Positions 1 to 10,370 are shown, numbered from the stretch's first letter. The stretch is 64,000 nucleotides of DNA from an uncultured Corynebacterium sp. (GCF_946222985.1 NZ_CAMIFY010000002.1:21938-85937), one strand, 5' to 3'. Numbers and translations: made by a program. The notes: generated from the letters alone by a model not told the origin.

Positions 1-10
1 CGCCCCGCCC

Positions 11-511
11 TCAGCCGCGCAGCGCGTTGTCGAGCAGGGTGCGAAACGCCGGGCGATCGCCGAGGTCGCGCTCGTGGCGGCTCAATGCCGACAGCTGCAT
101 CGCGTCGAGGGAGGGGATCAGATCCTCCAGGTCCTCGGCGTCCATGTCGGCGTACCCGACGTCGGCGGCGACCTGCGCGGGGGTACGGAGCTCGTCGGCG
201 TGGGCCGCGGCACCGTCGGCGGCCGCGGTGGCCGAGCGGGCGGCGGAGGCGGGGCCGGCGTCCTCGTCGAACGTCGCCCACGCGGGCTGCTCCTCGACCG
301 GCGTCGACAACTCCTCGATCACCATGTCCCCGCGGGCGACGAGATCCGTGGCGCCCTGGCGCGCGCGCATCGCCGCGCCGGCGGCGGAAGTGAACGCGGA
401 GCCCGCCAGCTGCCCGGGCAGTCGCCGGAGGCGATAGGGCAGGCGAAAGGCCTCTTCGGCGGTGGTCGCGGCGATGCCCGCCGCGAGGCGGAGGGGCAGC
501 GGTGCGGGCAT
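11..511 (-). CDS. hypothetical acidic protein (C-terminal 166 aa of the 443-aa track ORF; upstream part is antisense to ispH)
   Basis: Plausible composition (DMDAEDLEDLIPSLD...), ATG at 509-511, divergent from ispH as in the mycobacterial lytB2 neighbourhood; competing + strand ORFs are G/R-rich junk. Confidence 0.45.
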   Translation of the reverse strand: MPAPLPLRLAAGIAATTAEEAFRLPYRLRRLPGQLAGSAFTSAAGAAMRARQGATDLVARGDMVIEELSTPVEEQPAWATFDEDAGPASAARSATAAADGAAAHADELRTPAQVAADVGYADMDAEDLEDLIPSLDAMQLSALSRHERDLGDRPAFRTLLDNALRG

Positions 512-583
512 GTCAACGCTCCTGCGTTCGGGGACTGTGTCGGCTTTGGTCGATTGTAGGGCCCTTTGGCTAGGGTGGGGCGC

Positions 584-1561
584 ATGACGACTACCCAGAC
601 CGACGCAATCGCCGACGAGAAGAAGGTGCTGCTCGCCGCCCCGCGCGGATACTGCGCCGGCGTCGACCGCGCCGTCGAGACCGTGGAGAAGTCCCTGGCC
701 ATGCACGGCGCTCCGCTGTACGTGCGCAAGGAGATCGTGCACAACAAGTACGTGGTCGAGACCTTCGAGGAACAGGGGGTCATCTTCGTCGACGAGACCG
801 ACGAGGTGCCGCAGGGCGCGAACCTGGTGTTTTCCGCCCACGGGGTCTCGCCGGAGGTCCACGCCCAGGCCAAGCGCCTGGAGCTGCAGACCTTCGACGC
901 GACGTGCCCGTTGGTGACGAAGGTGCACAACGAGGTCAAGCGGTTCGCCCGTGACGGCTACCAGATCCTGCTCATCGGACACGAGGGGCACGAGGAGGTC
1001 GAGGGCACCGCGGGCGAGGCCCCGGACATCGTGCATCTCATCGACGGCGCCGAGTCCGTCGAGGCGCTGGACTTCGCCCCCGACGAGAAGTTGGTCTGGC
1101 TGTCGCAGACGACGTTGTCGGTCGACGAGACCATGGAGATGGTCGACCTGCTCCGCGCGAAGTACCCGCACATCCAGGATCCGCCGAGCGACGACATCTG
1201 CTACGCCACCCAGAATCGCCAGGTGGCGGTGAAGGCGATGGCGGCCCAGTGCGATCTGGTCATCGTCGTCGGTTCGCAGAATTCGTCGAACTCCAAGCGA
1301 CTGGTCGAGGTCGCGTTGCAGGCCGGCGCGGGCGCGTCGCACCTGATCGACTACGCCAACCAGATCCGCGGCGAGTGGTTCGACGGCGTGCGCACCGTCG
1401 GCGTCACCTCGGGTGCGTCGGTGCCGGAGATTCTGGTCAAGGGCGTGCTGGAGGACCTCGCCGAGCGGGGTTACGCCGACGTCGAAGAGGTCCGCACCGC
1501 CAGCGAGAAGATCGTGTTCTCCCTGCCGCGCGAGCTGCGCGAGGCCCGCGTCAGGCGCTGA
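584..1561 (+). CDS. ispH: 4-hydroxy-3-methylbut-2-enyl diphosphate reductase
   Basis: Full-length match to IspH/LytB conserved blocks ([40 protein letters not shown]); ATG 584 with GGGTGGGG RBS (track start 566 is TTG). Confidence 0.9.
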   Translation: MTTTQTDAIADEKKVLLAAPRGYCAGVDRAVETVEKSLAMHGAPLYVRKEIVHNKYVVETFEEQGVIFVDETDEVPQGANLVFSAHGVSPEVHAQAKRLELQTFDATCPLVTKVHNEVKRFARDGYQILLIGHEGHEEVEGTAGEAPDIVHLIDGAESVEALDFAPDEKLVWLSQTTLSVDETMEMVDLLRAKYPHIQDPPSDDICYATQNRQVAVKAMAAQCDLVIVVGSQNSSNSKRLVEVALQAGAGASHLIDYANQIRGEWFDGVRTVGVTSGASVPEILVKGVLEDLAERGYADVEEVRTASEKIVFSLPRELREARVRR

Positions 1562-1611
1562 CGCTCAGGGGCGTCGTCGCCGATGTCGGCGGCGGCCCCG
1601 TACATGCCGAA

Positions 1612-1654
1612 GGCCCGGCCACCGCATCCTTTTTCCTGGATGGGTGGCCGGGCC
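1612..1654. terminator. bidirectional stem-loop between convergent ispH and membrane-protein gene
   Basis: Perfect 12-bp inverted repeat ggcccggccacc ... ggtggccgggcc with T-rich loop region. Confidence 0.55.
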
Positions 1655-1705
1655 TCGTCGTGCTTTGCGACGCCCCGGTTTCGCCGGAGCGGCGGACTGA
1701 AGCGA

Positions 1706-2992
1706 TCAGCGGCGTCCGCGCGGGTCCCGGGGATCCCTGCCGCGGTCGCCGCGGCCGTCGCGGTTGCCGAGGTCGCGGTCGTCGCGCAGGCGGCGCGCGC
1801 CACGGGGGTCGCGGCGCTCGTCGCGGGAGGTGTGGCGGGCGCGTTCGTGGCGCGGGGGCCATTCCTCGACGGGGCGGCGCGCCGCCGCTTCGCTGCGTTC
1901 GATGGCCCGGCGCTCGGCTTCGCGACGCCGCGAATCACGGCGGACGTCCTCGCGGCGACGGTCGTCGTGCCGGTCGTCGCCGCGGAAGTCGCGGACGATG
2001 CGGCGGCGGTCGTCGCGGCGGGCGGCGTCGCGGGGAATGTCGCGGGGTGCTTCGCGGGGGACATCGCGCGGGGCGTCCCGCGAAACGTCACGGGGGGCAT
2101 TGCGTGCGACACCGCGTGCGACGCCGCGGGCCGCGGGGCGCGCGGAGGGGCGTCCGGCCGCGGCGGCGCGCTGCTCCATCACGCGCTGCTCGGCGCGCGG
2201 ATCACGGCTCTGGACGGGCCGCTGCACCGGGCGTGCCGGCCGCTGCGGACGAGACTGTCCGTCGCGGGGATCGGCGGAGGCGGCGGCGGGCGGTCGGCTC
2301 TCGGCGTCGCGGCGGGCCTGCTGCGCCTGGCGGGCGCGTTCGGCGGCGCGGCGCCTGCGTTCCTCGGCGGCCTGGATGATCTCGGATGCCGGGCGGCGGG
2401 CCGGGCCCTCGCCACGGCCGTGGCGCACGCGGGCGTCGGATTCGGCGACCCGGCGGCGCGCCGCGGCGGCCGATTCCGTGGCCGTCTCATCGGCCTTCTG
2501 CAACCGCGCCTGCTCGCGGCGCGTCTGCTTCTCGGTTTTCGCGTTGACCCGCGTGATCTCCAGGTACCGCCAGCCGGCGATGAGCGCGCAGACGATCGTG
2601 ATGCCGATCATCCACGGGAAATACTGCACGATCGGGTACGCGGCCGTGATCAGGCGCGTTTTCGTCGGAGTGGTCTCCATCGCGCCGCCGACCGAGGGAT
2701 CGGCCCATGATGCCGTCAGCCACGCCGCGATCGGGGTGACGATGGTGAACAACAGCGGCTGCTGGGCCACCGTGACCACCAGTCCCCGGGGGACGACGAG
2801 CAGGGTGCCGATCACCGCGGCGGCGGCGAAGGCGAGCAGATAGGGCAGACCGATGTTGCCGGAACCGACGGCGAAGAGGATGCCGATGGCCGCCGCCGGA
2901 ATGAACAGCAACGGCGGCACCCACATGGGGAGCCGCCGGGACCCGGAACGACGGAGGGCGTTCGGGCGGGCTGAGGTTGCGGTATCGGACAC
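1706..2992 (-). CDS. membrane protein with 4 N-terminal TM helices and long Arg/Asp/Glu-rich repetitive cytoplasmic tail
   Basis: TM segments (AIGILFAVGSG..., IGITIVCALIAGW), then low-complexity tail with APRDV/ARGV repeats; position equivalent to Rv1111c; start GTG 2992 or ATG 2926. Confidence 0.6.
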   Translation of the reverse strand: MSDTATSARPNALRRSGSRRLPMWVPPLLFIPAAAIGILFAVGSGNIGLPYLLAFAAAAVIGTLLVVPRGLVVTVAQQPLLFTIVTPIAAWLTASWADPSVGGAMETTPTKTRLITAAYPIVQYFPWMIGITIVCALIAGWRYLEITRVNAKTEKQTRREQARLQKADETATESAAAARRRVAESDARVRHGRGEGPARRPASEIIQAAEERRRRAAERARQAQQARRDAESRPPAAASADPRDGQSRPQRPARPVQRPVQSRDPRAEQRVMEQRAAAAGRPSARPAARGVARGVARNAPRDVSRDAPRDVPREAPRDIPRDAARRDDRRRIVRDFRGDDRHDDRRREDVRRDSRRREAERRAIERSEAAARRPVEEWPPRHERARHTSRDERRDPRGARRLRDDRDLGNRDGRGDRGRDPRDPRGRR

Positions 2993-3070
2993 GTTTCGAG
3001 ACCTTACCGTCTGTCGTCGGTCGATCGACGGAGGCGGGGTGTGTCGGGGCCGAAACGGCCGCGCCGCCGG

Positions 3071-4753
3071 TCAGCGCTTGCGGAAGCGTCCCGACACCGC
3101 GTCGCTGATGCGGTTGAAGGCGGTGGTGGTCACTCCGCGCTTGCCGTCCTCGGTGACCAGCTTTCGGTCGGAGGCGGGCGAGGCGGTCGCACCGGTGGAA
3201 TTCGGGTCCGCCGCCTGGTTCTTGTCGCCGAAACCGGGGTTCGGGGCGAGATCATGGGCGTCGTCGGTGCTCGGGTCGTCGTCGGAGGAGTTCTTCGAAC
3301 CGCCGAGACGCAGCGCCATGAGGCGATCGCGCATCGCGCGTCCGGCCGCTTCGGTCTGCAGGCCCGAAATGGATCCCGCTTCGGTGGCGAACTTGATGTC
3401 CGCCGCGGTCTTGTCGCCGGTGCGCAGGTCGGTCAGGTCGCCGAGGTAGCGGGCCCACACCGCGATCATCGCCGCGACCGGCACGGCCAGGAAGGCGCCG
3501 GTGATGCCGAACAGCGTGCCACCGAGGGTCACCGACAGCAGGACGATCGCCGCGTGCAGGTTCATGGCCCTGGACTGCAGCATCGGCGACAGGATGTTGC
3601 CCTCGATCTGCTGGACCAGCACGATCAGCGCGAGGGCGAGCAGTGCGGTGGTGAAGCCGTTGGCCACCAAGGCGACGACGACGGCGATGAAACCGGCGGT
3701 GAAGGCACCGACGATCGGGATGAAACCGGCGAAGAAGGTGATGACGGCGAGGACGAGTGCCAGCGGAACGTCGAGAAGCCACAGGCCCAGGCCGATGAAC
3801 ACGGCGTCGATGAACGAGACGATGGCCTGCGTGCGGATGAATCCGCCCAGGGTGTTCCACGAACGGGTCAGGACCTCCGTGAGGTGCCAGCCGAGGCGAC
3901 GGCCCGTGATCGAGCGCAGCCACGGCAGGAAGTGGCGGCCGTCCTTGATGAAGAAGAAGGTCAGGACGAGCATGACCACCAGGGTCACCGTCGCGGTGCC
4001 GACGATGCCGATGCCCTGGATCACCGTGTTGGCGATGTCGCCGGAACGCTCCTGCAGCCACGTGGTGGCCTGGTCCATCAGGTCGAGGAGCTGTTCGTCC
4101 TCCACGTTGAAGGGCGGCCCCTGAAGGATCTCCTGCAGTTGGACGATGCCCTCGGTGAACTGGTCGCGCAGCGTCGGAAGCTGGGAGCGCACCGTGGGGG
4201 CGATCAGCGCGATGACGCCGCTGACCACGGCGAGGGCGCCGAGGATGGACAACAGCGCGGCCAGGGCGTCGGGGAACTTGCGCCGGATCAGCCACGCGGC
4301 CGGCGGGCCGAGGACGGTGGCGACGATCAGCGCCAGCAGGACGGGCAGGAGACCCGCCCACACCTTGCCCAGCGCCAGCCAGGCCACGTACGCCGCGGCG
4401 CAGACGATGAGGAAGCGCAGGCACCAGCCGGCGAACCAGCGGGCGCCTTCGCCGATGACGTCGGCGCGATCGACGAATTCGCCCTCCGATTCCTGCATCA
4501 GCTCGCCGAGCTCCTCGCCGTCCTCCTGCAGGGGCGGGGCCACGGCGGACTGCTGGTGCTCGTCGTCGGGGACCGACAGGGTCTCGTCGACGCGCATGGG
4601 TTCTGCGCCGATGACCTCGTCGATCATGTCGCGCTCGTCGCGGACCGGGCCGCCGTTGCGGGTTTCGTCGTCGTTGTTCACGCTGCCATTATGGGGCATA
4701 CGGCGAGGAAATGGGGCGTCGCATCGCAGGTTTTCGTGCGTTTCATCGACCAT
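3071..4753 (-). CDS. AI-2E family transporter (PerM/UPF0118)
   Basis: Conserved AI-2E C-terminal block (FFAGFIPIVGAF ... VLVQQIEGNILSPMLQS ... FLAVPVAAMI); start uncertain (GTG 4768, ATG 4753 or further in). Confidence 0.75.
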   Translation of the reverse strand: MVDETHENLRCDAPFPRRMPHNGSVNNDDETRNGGPVRDERDMIDEVIGAEPMRVDETLSVPDDEHQQSAVAPPLQEDGEELGELMQESEGEFVDRADVIGEGARWFAGWCLRFLIVCAAAYVAWLALGKVWAGLLPVLLALIVATVLGPPAAWLIRRKFPDALAALLSILGALAVVSGVIALIAPTVRSQLPTLRDQFTEGIVQLQEILQGPPFNVEDEQLLDLMDQATTWLQERSGDIANTVIQGIGIVGTATVTLVVMLVLTFFFIKDGRHFLPWLRSITGRRLGWHLTEVLTRSWNTLGGFIRTQAIVSFIDAVFIGLGLWLLDVPLALVLAVITFFAGFIPIVGAFTAGFIAVVVALVANGFTTALLALALIVLVQQIEGNILSPMLQSRAMNLHAAIVLLSVTLGGTLFGITGAFLAVPVAAMIAVWARYLGDLTDLRTGDKTAADIKFATEAGSISGLQTEAAGRAMRDRLMALRLGGSKNSSDDDPSTDDAHDLAPNPGFGDKNQAADPNSTGATASPASDRKLVTEDGKRGVTTTAFNRISDAVSGRFRKR

Positions 4754-4843
4754 TTCAACGGAATTCACCCCGCCACGCGCGGTGACGGGGTGAATCGGGT
4801 GCGGGGAAAGGCGCGGTGATCGGCACCGCGCCGGGGTCTGCGC

Positions 4844-5011
4844 CTACTGCTCCTCGAGGGAGGAGAGCACCTCGTTGGAGGTGTGGGGCGTCTCGGCGAG
4901 TTCGCCCGACGACTCGTCGGGATGGCGGACGAGGTTGGCCACGGAGGCGATGAAGCCTCCCCAGATGATGACGATGAACAACGCCATCATCACGATCGCG
5001 ATTCCGGACAT
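4844..5011 (-). CDS. MetS-like small membrane subunit of NSS transporter (55 aa; not in ORF track)
   Basis: ATG at 5009-5011 overlapping the TAG stop of the NSS gene, GGAGG RBS; translation MSGIAIVMMALFIVIIWGGFIASVANLVRHPDESSGELAETPHTSNEVLSSLEEQ = one TM helix plus acidic tail; same layout as C. glutamicum metPS. Confidence 0.55.
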   Translation of the reverse strand: MSGIAIVMMALFIVIIWGGFIASVANLVRHPDESSGELAETPHTSNEVLSSLEEQ

Positions 5012-5014
5012 GAT

Positions 5015-6658
5015 CTAGACCTCCCTGGTCTCGGTCACGACGGCCGAGGTGGGCTCGCCGGTGGAGTGCTTCCGCGGCAGGTGGGGTCGCTGACGCGATG
5101 CCGGGGTGACGCCGAAGTCGGTGCCGGGCGGGCCGTCGAGGGAATGGGTCCCGCGCCACGGCAGGATGGTCAGCACCATCGAGCCGAGGAAGATGACGCC
5201 GATGACGCCCCAGCCGAAGGTGTTGATCTGCGCGTTGCTGTAGCCCTCGTAGTTTTCGGACAACAGGCCGACCAGCTCGTTGAACAGGATCATGCCGAGG
5301 ATGATCGGCGTGACGTTGACGACGAAGATGCGCCACAGCGCCCCGACCTTGAACGACGACACGGCGTTGAGGTGCAGGCCGAACTCGTCCATCCGGCGCA
5401 TCACCCAGTCGAGGACGATGATGCTGATCAGCGCCACCGACACGATGCCGATGTTGTTGGTCCACTTGTCCATGATGTCCAGCGTGACCATGCCCGAGGT
5501 GGTCGGGAACAGCATGAGGGACAGGAAGGCCATCAGGCCGCCGATGCCCAGGGTCGCGGGCACGCGCGGCAGGTTCAGCTTGTCCTGCACGGCGGAGATG
5601 ACGACCTCGAGCAGCGACATCAGCGACGTGAAGCCGGCGACGGCCAGCGACAGGAAGAACATGACGCCGAAGATCGGGCCGATGACGGCGGGCATCTCGG
5701 AGATGACCGTGGGGAAGGCGACGAAGGCCAGGCCGATGCCGCCGGAGACGACTTCGTCGATGGGCAGGCCGGCCTGGGTGGCCATGAAGCCCAGGGTGGC
5801 GAAGACGCCGATGCCGGCGAGGACCTCGAAGGAGGAGTTGGCGAAGCCGGTGACCAGCGCGGAGCTGGTCAGGTTGGAGCGCGGCTTCAGGTACGAGGCG
5901 TAGGTCAGCATGATGCCGAAGGCCACGGACAGGGAGAAGAAGATCTGGCCGTAGGCGGCGATCCACACCGAGGAGTCGGCCAGCGCCTCCCAGTTCGGGG
6001 TGAAGAACGCGTCGAGGCCCATGGCGGCGCCGTTGAGCGTCACGGCGTAGATGACCACCGCGATGAACAGCACGGCGAGCAGCGGGATGAAGAACAGGGC
6101 CGTGCGGCCGATGCCCTTGTCCACGCCGAGCGCCAGCACGGCCAGCACCGCGACCCACACGAGCAGCAGGACGATGGCGATCGGCCAGACGAAGTCCAGC
6201 GACGTCACCGAGGTGGCGTCGAGCTCCAGGAAGTCGCCGAAGAAGTGGCCGTCGGGGTCGTCGCCCCAGGTCTGGCCGATGGACTTCCAGGCGTACATGA
6301 AGGCCCAGGCGACGATCACCGAGTAGTAGACGGTGATGAAGAAGGCGACGCCGACCTGGATCCAGCCGATCGGCTCGGCCCAGGGCTTGATGCGGCGGTA
6401 GACCTTGGGCGCGGAGCCGCGGAAGCGGTGGCCCAGGGCGTAGTCGAGGAACAGCAGCGGGATGCCCGCGGTCAGCAGTGCGACGAGGTAGGGGATGAGG
6501 AACGCGCCGCCGCCCGACTCGTACGCGACGTACGGGAATCGCCAGATGTTTCCGAGTCCCACGGCGGAGCCGATGGCCGCGAAGAGGAACGCGGCCCGGG
6601 TCGAGAACACCTCCCGACCCTGTTTGGTGCCGGTGGTGCCGGCCTTCTTGGTGCTCAT
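5015..6658 (-). CDS. sodium-dependent transporter, neurotransmitter:sodium symporter (NSS/SNF) family
   Basis: NSS signature GNIWRFPY near N-terminus, 11-12 TM segments, 547 aa. Confidence 0.85.
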   Translation of the reverse strand: MSTKKAGTTGTKQGREVFSTRAAFLFAAIGSAVGLGNIWRFPYVAYESGGGAFLIPYLVALLTAGIPLLFLDYALGHRFRGSAPKVYRRIKPWAEPIGWIQVGVAFFITVYYSVIVAWAFMYAWKSIGQTWGDDPDGHFFGDFLELDATSVTSLDFVWPIAIVLLLVWVAVLAVLALGVDKGIGRTALFFIPLLAVLFIAVVIYAVTLNGAAMGLDAFFTPNWEALADSSVWIAAYGQIFFSLSVAFGIMLTYASYLKPRSNLTSSALVTGFANSSFEVLAGIGVFATLGFMATQAGLPIDEVVSGGIGLAFVAFPTVISEMPAVIGPIFGVMFFLSLAVAGFTSLMSLLEVVISAVQDKLNLPRVPATLGIGGLMAFLSLMLFPTTSGMVTLDIMDKWTNNIGIVSVALISIIVLDWVMRRMDEFGLHLNAVSSFKVGALWRIFVVNVTPIILGMILFNELVGLLSENYEGYSNAQINTFGWGVIGVIFLGSMVLTILPWRGTHSLDGPPGTDFGVTPASRQRPHLPRKHSTGEPTSAVVTETREV

Positions 6659-6897
6659 GTCGTCTCCATTGGCAGGGGAAAAGTGTTTCGGATTTTATCA
6701 GGTGCACTTAAGGTCCGACGCATGTTCGGTGGGCCCATCATATTGTTTACACGGCTGAAATGTAATCCCCGTCACAGAAAAGAGATGCGTGACGACGTTC
6801 CGGCCCCCGCCCCACCCATGTCCGCCGGTCCGGAGGGTGCGGGGTGGACGGCGCACGTGGAGGACCCGTCGTCGTAAAGCCGAAGTGGGGCCGTAGG

Positions 6898-7986
<1,089 letters not shown>

Positions 7987-8061
7987 AAGGTGTGCAATCG
8001 AGCGGGTAGCTGAAAATTCCGATCAACGCTTGATTGAACGGCCGAAAGGCCAGTTCAGGGC

Positions 8062-8093
8062 GGTTCCGGGGAAGTCCGGGGCCGCCCTTTTCG
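8062..8093 (+). terminator. putative terminator after ychF
   Basis: Imperfect GC-rich hairpin ggcggttccgggg...ccggggccgcc followed by cttttcg. Confidence 0.3.
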
Positions 8094-8149
8094 TCTGCGT
8101 GGTGCGGCGGTGCGTTGCGGGCGTCGATGGGCTGGGGCCGGCGATCAGC

Positions 8150-8220
8150 GCAAACGCCTACGTTTGACGCAGACGCCTACGTTGCAACGTAGGTGTTTGT
8201 GCGCAGCGTAGGCGTTTGTG
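8150..8220. repeat. nested direct/inverted repeat cluster (acgcctacgtt x2, aacgtaggYg x2)
   Basis: caaacgcctacgtttg ... gacgcctacgttgcaacgtaggtg ... cagcgtaggcgtttg; central perfect palindrome cctacgttgcaacgtagg; lies just 3' of hydrolase gene stop (8222). Confidence 0.5.
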
Positions 8221-8221
8221 G

Positions 8222-9124
8222 TCAGGCGCCGTCGCCGGCGGCCGGGACGTGGCGTGCGAGGAAGTCCAGTTGCTGGGCGATGTTTCGCTCGAAGTCGTCG
8301 CCGACGTAGATGTCGAAATGACCGCCGGGCAGCATGTGCACCTCACCCTTCGGCGCCTTGCGAACGTGGCGCAGGGTGGGGCGCGGGGGAGCGACCGAAT
8401 CGTCCTCGCAGACGGCGACGTGCGCCGGGCACGAAATCTTCCGCGCGCTCCGCCCGGGGAAGTAGCGCACGATGTCCAGTCCGAACCGGGCCGTGATGTC
8501 CGAGCGGATGTCATCGCCCGGCGGCACGATCGCTTCGATGCCCGCCACGCAGTCCGGTGCCGTCATCAGGGCGGTCGAACCCGGCTCTCCGTACGCCGGA
8601 ACCATGATCGGCTTTCGGTTCCGCCACGCTGCGACGAGATCGCGCACGGCCAGCAGCCCGATCTTGACGAGAATCATGGGCGGCAGAGCCAGGGCGGAGG
8701 CCAATCCATCGGTGAACGGGCATTGTGCGATCACGGCGGCGAGCCTCGGATCGCGCGCCGCCGTCCGGATCACGTGGCCGCCGCCGAAGGACGTGCCCCA
8801 GATGATCACGCGGTCCGGATCGACCCCGTCGAGGCTCCGTGCGTGTGCGATCGCGGCGACCCAATCATCGAGCTGGCGTCGCACCGACAGAAGCTGACGG
8901 GGTTCCCCTCCGCTTGCGCCAAAGTGCCGGTAGTCGAACACCAGGCAGCGGTAGCCGGCGGCGGTGAAGCGCTCGGCGAAGGCGTCGAGACGCATCTGAC
9001 GCACCCCGGCGAGACCGTGGGCCATGACGATGATCGGCCCCGGGGCAGGGGCACCGTCGGGGACGTACAGCCATGCGGCGCAGGTGGCATCTCCGGACGG
9101 GAAGGTCACGTCAGTTCTGGTCAT
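8222..9124 (-). CDS. alpha/beta hydrolase
   Basis: HGxxG (MAHGLAG), nucleophile elbow GTSFGGG, C-terminal His; ATG at 9124 (MTRTDVTF), track ORF has 87-aa artefactual extension. Confidence 0.75.
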   Translation of the reverse strand: MTRTDVTFPSGDATCAAWLYVPDGAPAPGPIIVMAHGLAGVRQMRLDAFAERFTAAGYRCLVFDYRHFGASGGEPRQLLSVRRQLDDWVAAIAHARSLDGVDPDRVIIWGTSFGGGHVIRTAARDPRLAAVIAQCPFTDGLASALALPPMILVKIGLLAVRDLVAAWRNRKPIMVPAYGEPGSTALMTAPDCVAGIEAIVPPGDDIRSDITARFGLDIVRYFPGRSARKISCPAHVAVCEDDSVAPPRPTLRHVRKAPKGEVHMLPGGHFDIYVGDDFERNIAQQLDFLARHVPAAGDGA

Positions 9125-9201
9125 GCCAAAGACATTAGGGGAGACGCTTTTCGACGGATGGGGTTCGGACGGTGCCGGGCCGAAGCATCGCGTTTTCCGG
9201 A

Positions 9202-9585
9202 CTATCGACCGATCTTTTCGCCCTCGGACGCCTGGTCCATCGCGTCGATGTATCGGGTGAGGGCATTGCGCTTCTGCTCGAGGGCGGCGATGCGTTCGAC
9301 CATTTTGTCCCGTTGCTTCACGAGCATGGCGCGCAGCTCGGGATCGGGATCCGCCACGATCGTGCTGCTCGGGTCGTTCAGGCACGGGAGCATGTCGGCG
9401 ATGATGCGGGTGGGAATCCCCGAATCGAGGAGTTCTCGAATGACCTGCACCCGAGAGACGAGGTACTCGTCGTATTCGCGGTAGCCGTTGTCGAGCCGGC
9501 GCGGCGAGATGAGCCGTTGCTCCTCGTAGTACCGGAGCATGCGAGTGGGCACGCCGGTTCTCTTGGCCAATTCGCCGATGCGCAT
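9202..9585 (-). CDS. MerR family transcriptional regulator
   Basis: N-terminal HTH MRIGELAKRTGVPTRMLRYYE, coiled-coil dimerisation region; ATG 9585 with GGAGGAGAG RBS. Confidence 0.85.
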   Translation of the reverse strand: MRIGELAKRTGVPTRMLRYYEEQRLISPRRLDNGYREYDEYLVSRVQVIRELLDSGIPTRIIADMLPCLNDPSSTIVADPDPELRAMLVKQRDKMVERIAALEQKRNALTRYIDAMDQASEGEKIGR

Positions 9586-9620
9586 GCGACTCTCCTCCGC
9601 GTTCACGTCAAGGCTACGTG

Positions 9621-10337
9621 TCAGAACTGCCTTTCGGACACGGCCGCGCGCGTCGATTCGGCCAGGACCTCGCGGAGTCGATCAGCGGACAACGGACGCC
9701 CCTGGTCCGCCAGATAATCGGCATGGAAGACCTCGAGGTCGGCCACGTAGATCTGGGTGTAGGCGCCCGACTCCGGCTCGGTGCGCCAGGAATCGGCCAG
9801 GGCACCGGCATCGATCGGGTCAAAGCCGAAGTCGTCGATGATCGCCCCGACCTTCGCCTTGGCGTCCGCGTCGTCTCCGTAGGTGGCGAGGGCGGACCGA
9901 TCCGGGGACCCCGCGGTCCGCGCGAGCCGAGGGATGTGGTGGGCGAGGATGTTGTTGAAGGCCTTCACGATCACCGCCCCGGGGAGCAGCTTTCGTTCGT
10001 ACTCGGCCGTCGTCAGCTCGAGGGAATCGAGTTCTTCGATGCGCCCGTCGCGGCTGGGGTAGTAGTTGCCCGTCGACAGCACGACGCGGCCGGCGAGTTT
10101 TTCGGAGGGAAGATCCGCGTAGGCCGTCAGCGGGACGGAGAGGATCGTGAGGTCGCCGAACTCCGCGGCCTCGTCGACGGTCCCGGCGCTCGCTCCGTCG
10201 CCCAGATCGTCCACGAGCTCCGTGAGGCTCTCGGGTCCCCGTGAGTTCGCGACGAGCACGCGATGTCCCGCTGCCACCGCGAGACGGGCGAGGCCCGATC
10301 CGATCGCTCCGCTGCCGATGATTCCGATTTTCGTCAT
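9621..10337 (-). CDS. NAD(P)-binding oxidoreductase, NADPH-dependent F420 reductase (Npd)-like
   Basis: Rossmann GIIGSGAIGSGLA at N-terminus, family-typical length ~238 aa. Confidence 0.6.
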   Translation of the reverse strand: MTKIGIIGSGAIGSGLARLAVAAGHRVLVANSRGPESLTELVDDLGDGASAGTVDEAAEFGDLTILSVPLTAYADLPSEKLAGRVVLSTGNYYPSRDGRIEELDSLELTTAEYERKLLPGAVIVKAFNNILAHHIPRLARTAGSPDRSALATYGDDADAKAKVGAIIDDFGFDPIDAGALADSWRTEPESGAYTQIYVADLEVFHADYLADQGRPLSADRLREVLAESTRAAVSERQF

Positions 10338-10354
10338 GCAGACAGGCTCGCACG

Positions 10355-10370
10355 TTCACATGAATGTGAA
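10355..10370. promoter_or_regulatory. inverted repeat TTCACAT-GA-ATGTGAA in divergent promoter
   Basis: 7-bp arms, 2-bp spacer, between reductase-merR-hydrolase operon (-) and LLM monooxygenase (+); candidate MerR-type operator. Confidence 0.3.

Noticed and set aside
512-1342. Upstream two-thirds of the 443-aa minus-strand ORF 11..1342
   Set aside because: It is antisense to the well-supported ispH gene and Leu/Arg/Asp-rich with no domain. Only the 11..511 portion, outside ispH, is kept.
1249-2843. Plus-strand ORFs 1249..2379, 1583..2710 and 1764..2843 (Arg/Gly/Ala-rich, 359-376 aa)
   Set aside because: Mirror-strand artefacts of the repetitive Arg/Asp-rich tail of gene 1706..2992, with extreme composition and no motifs.
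3041-6877. Long ORFs 3041..4819 (+), 3252..4424 (-), 4755..6707 (-) and 4883..6877 (+)
   Set aside because: They overlap the AI-2E and NSS transporter genes, which have clear family signatures. These ORFs are R/G/D/H-rich high-GC frame artefacts.
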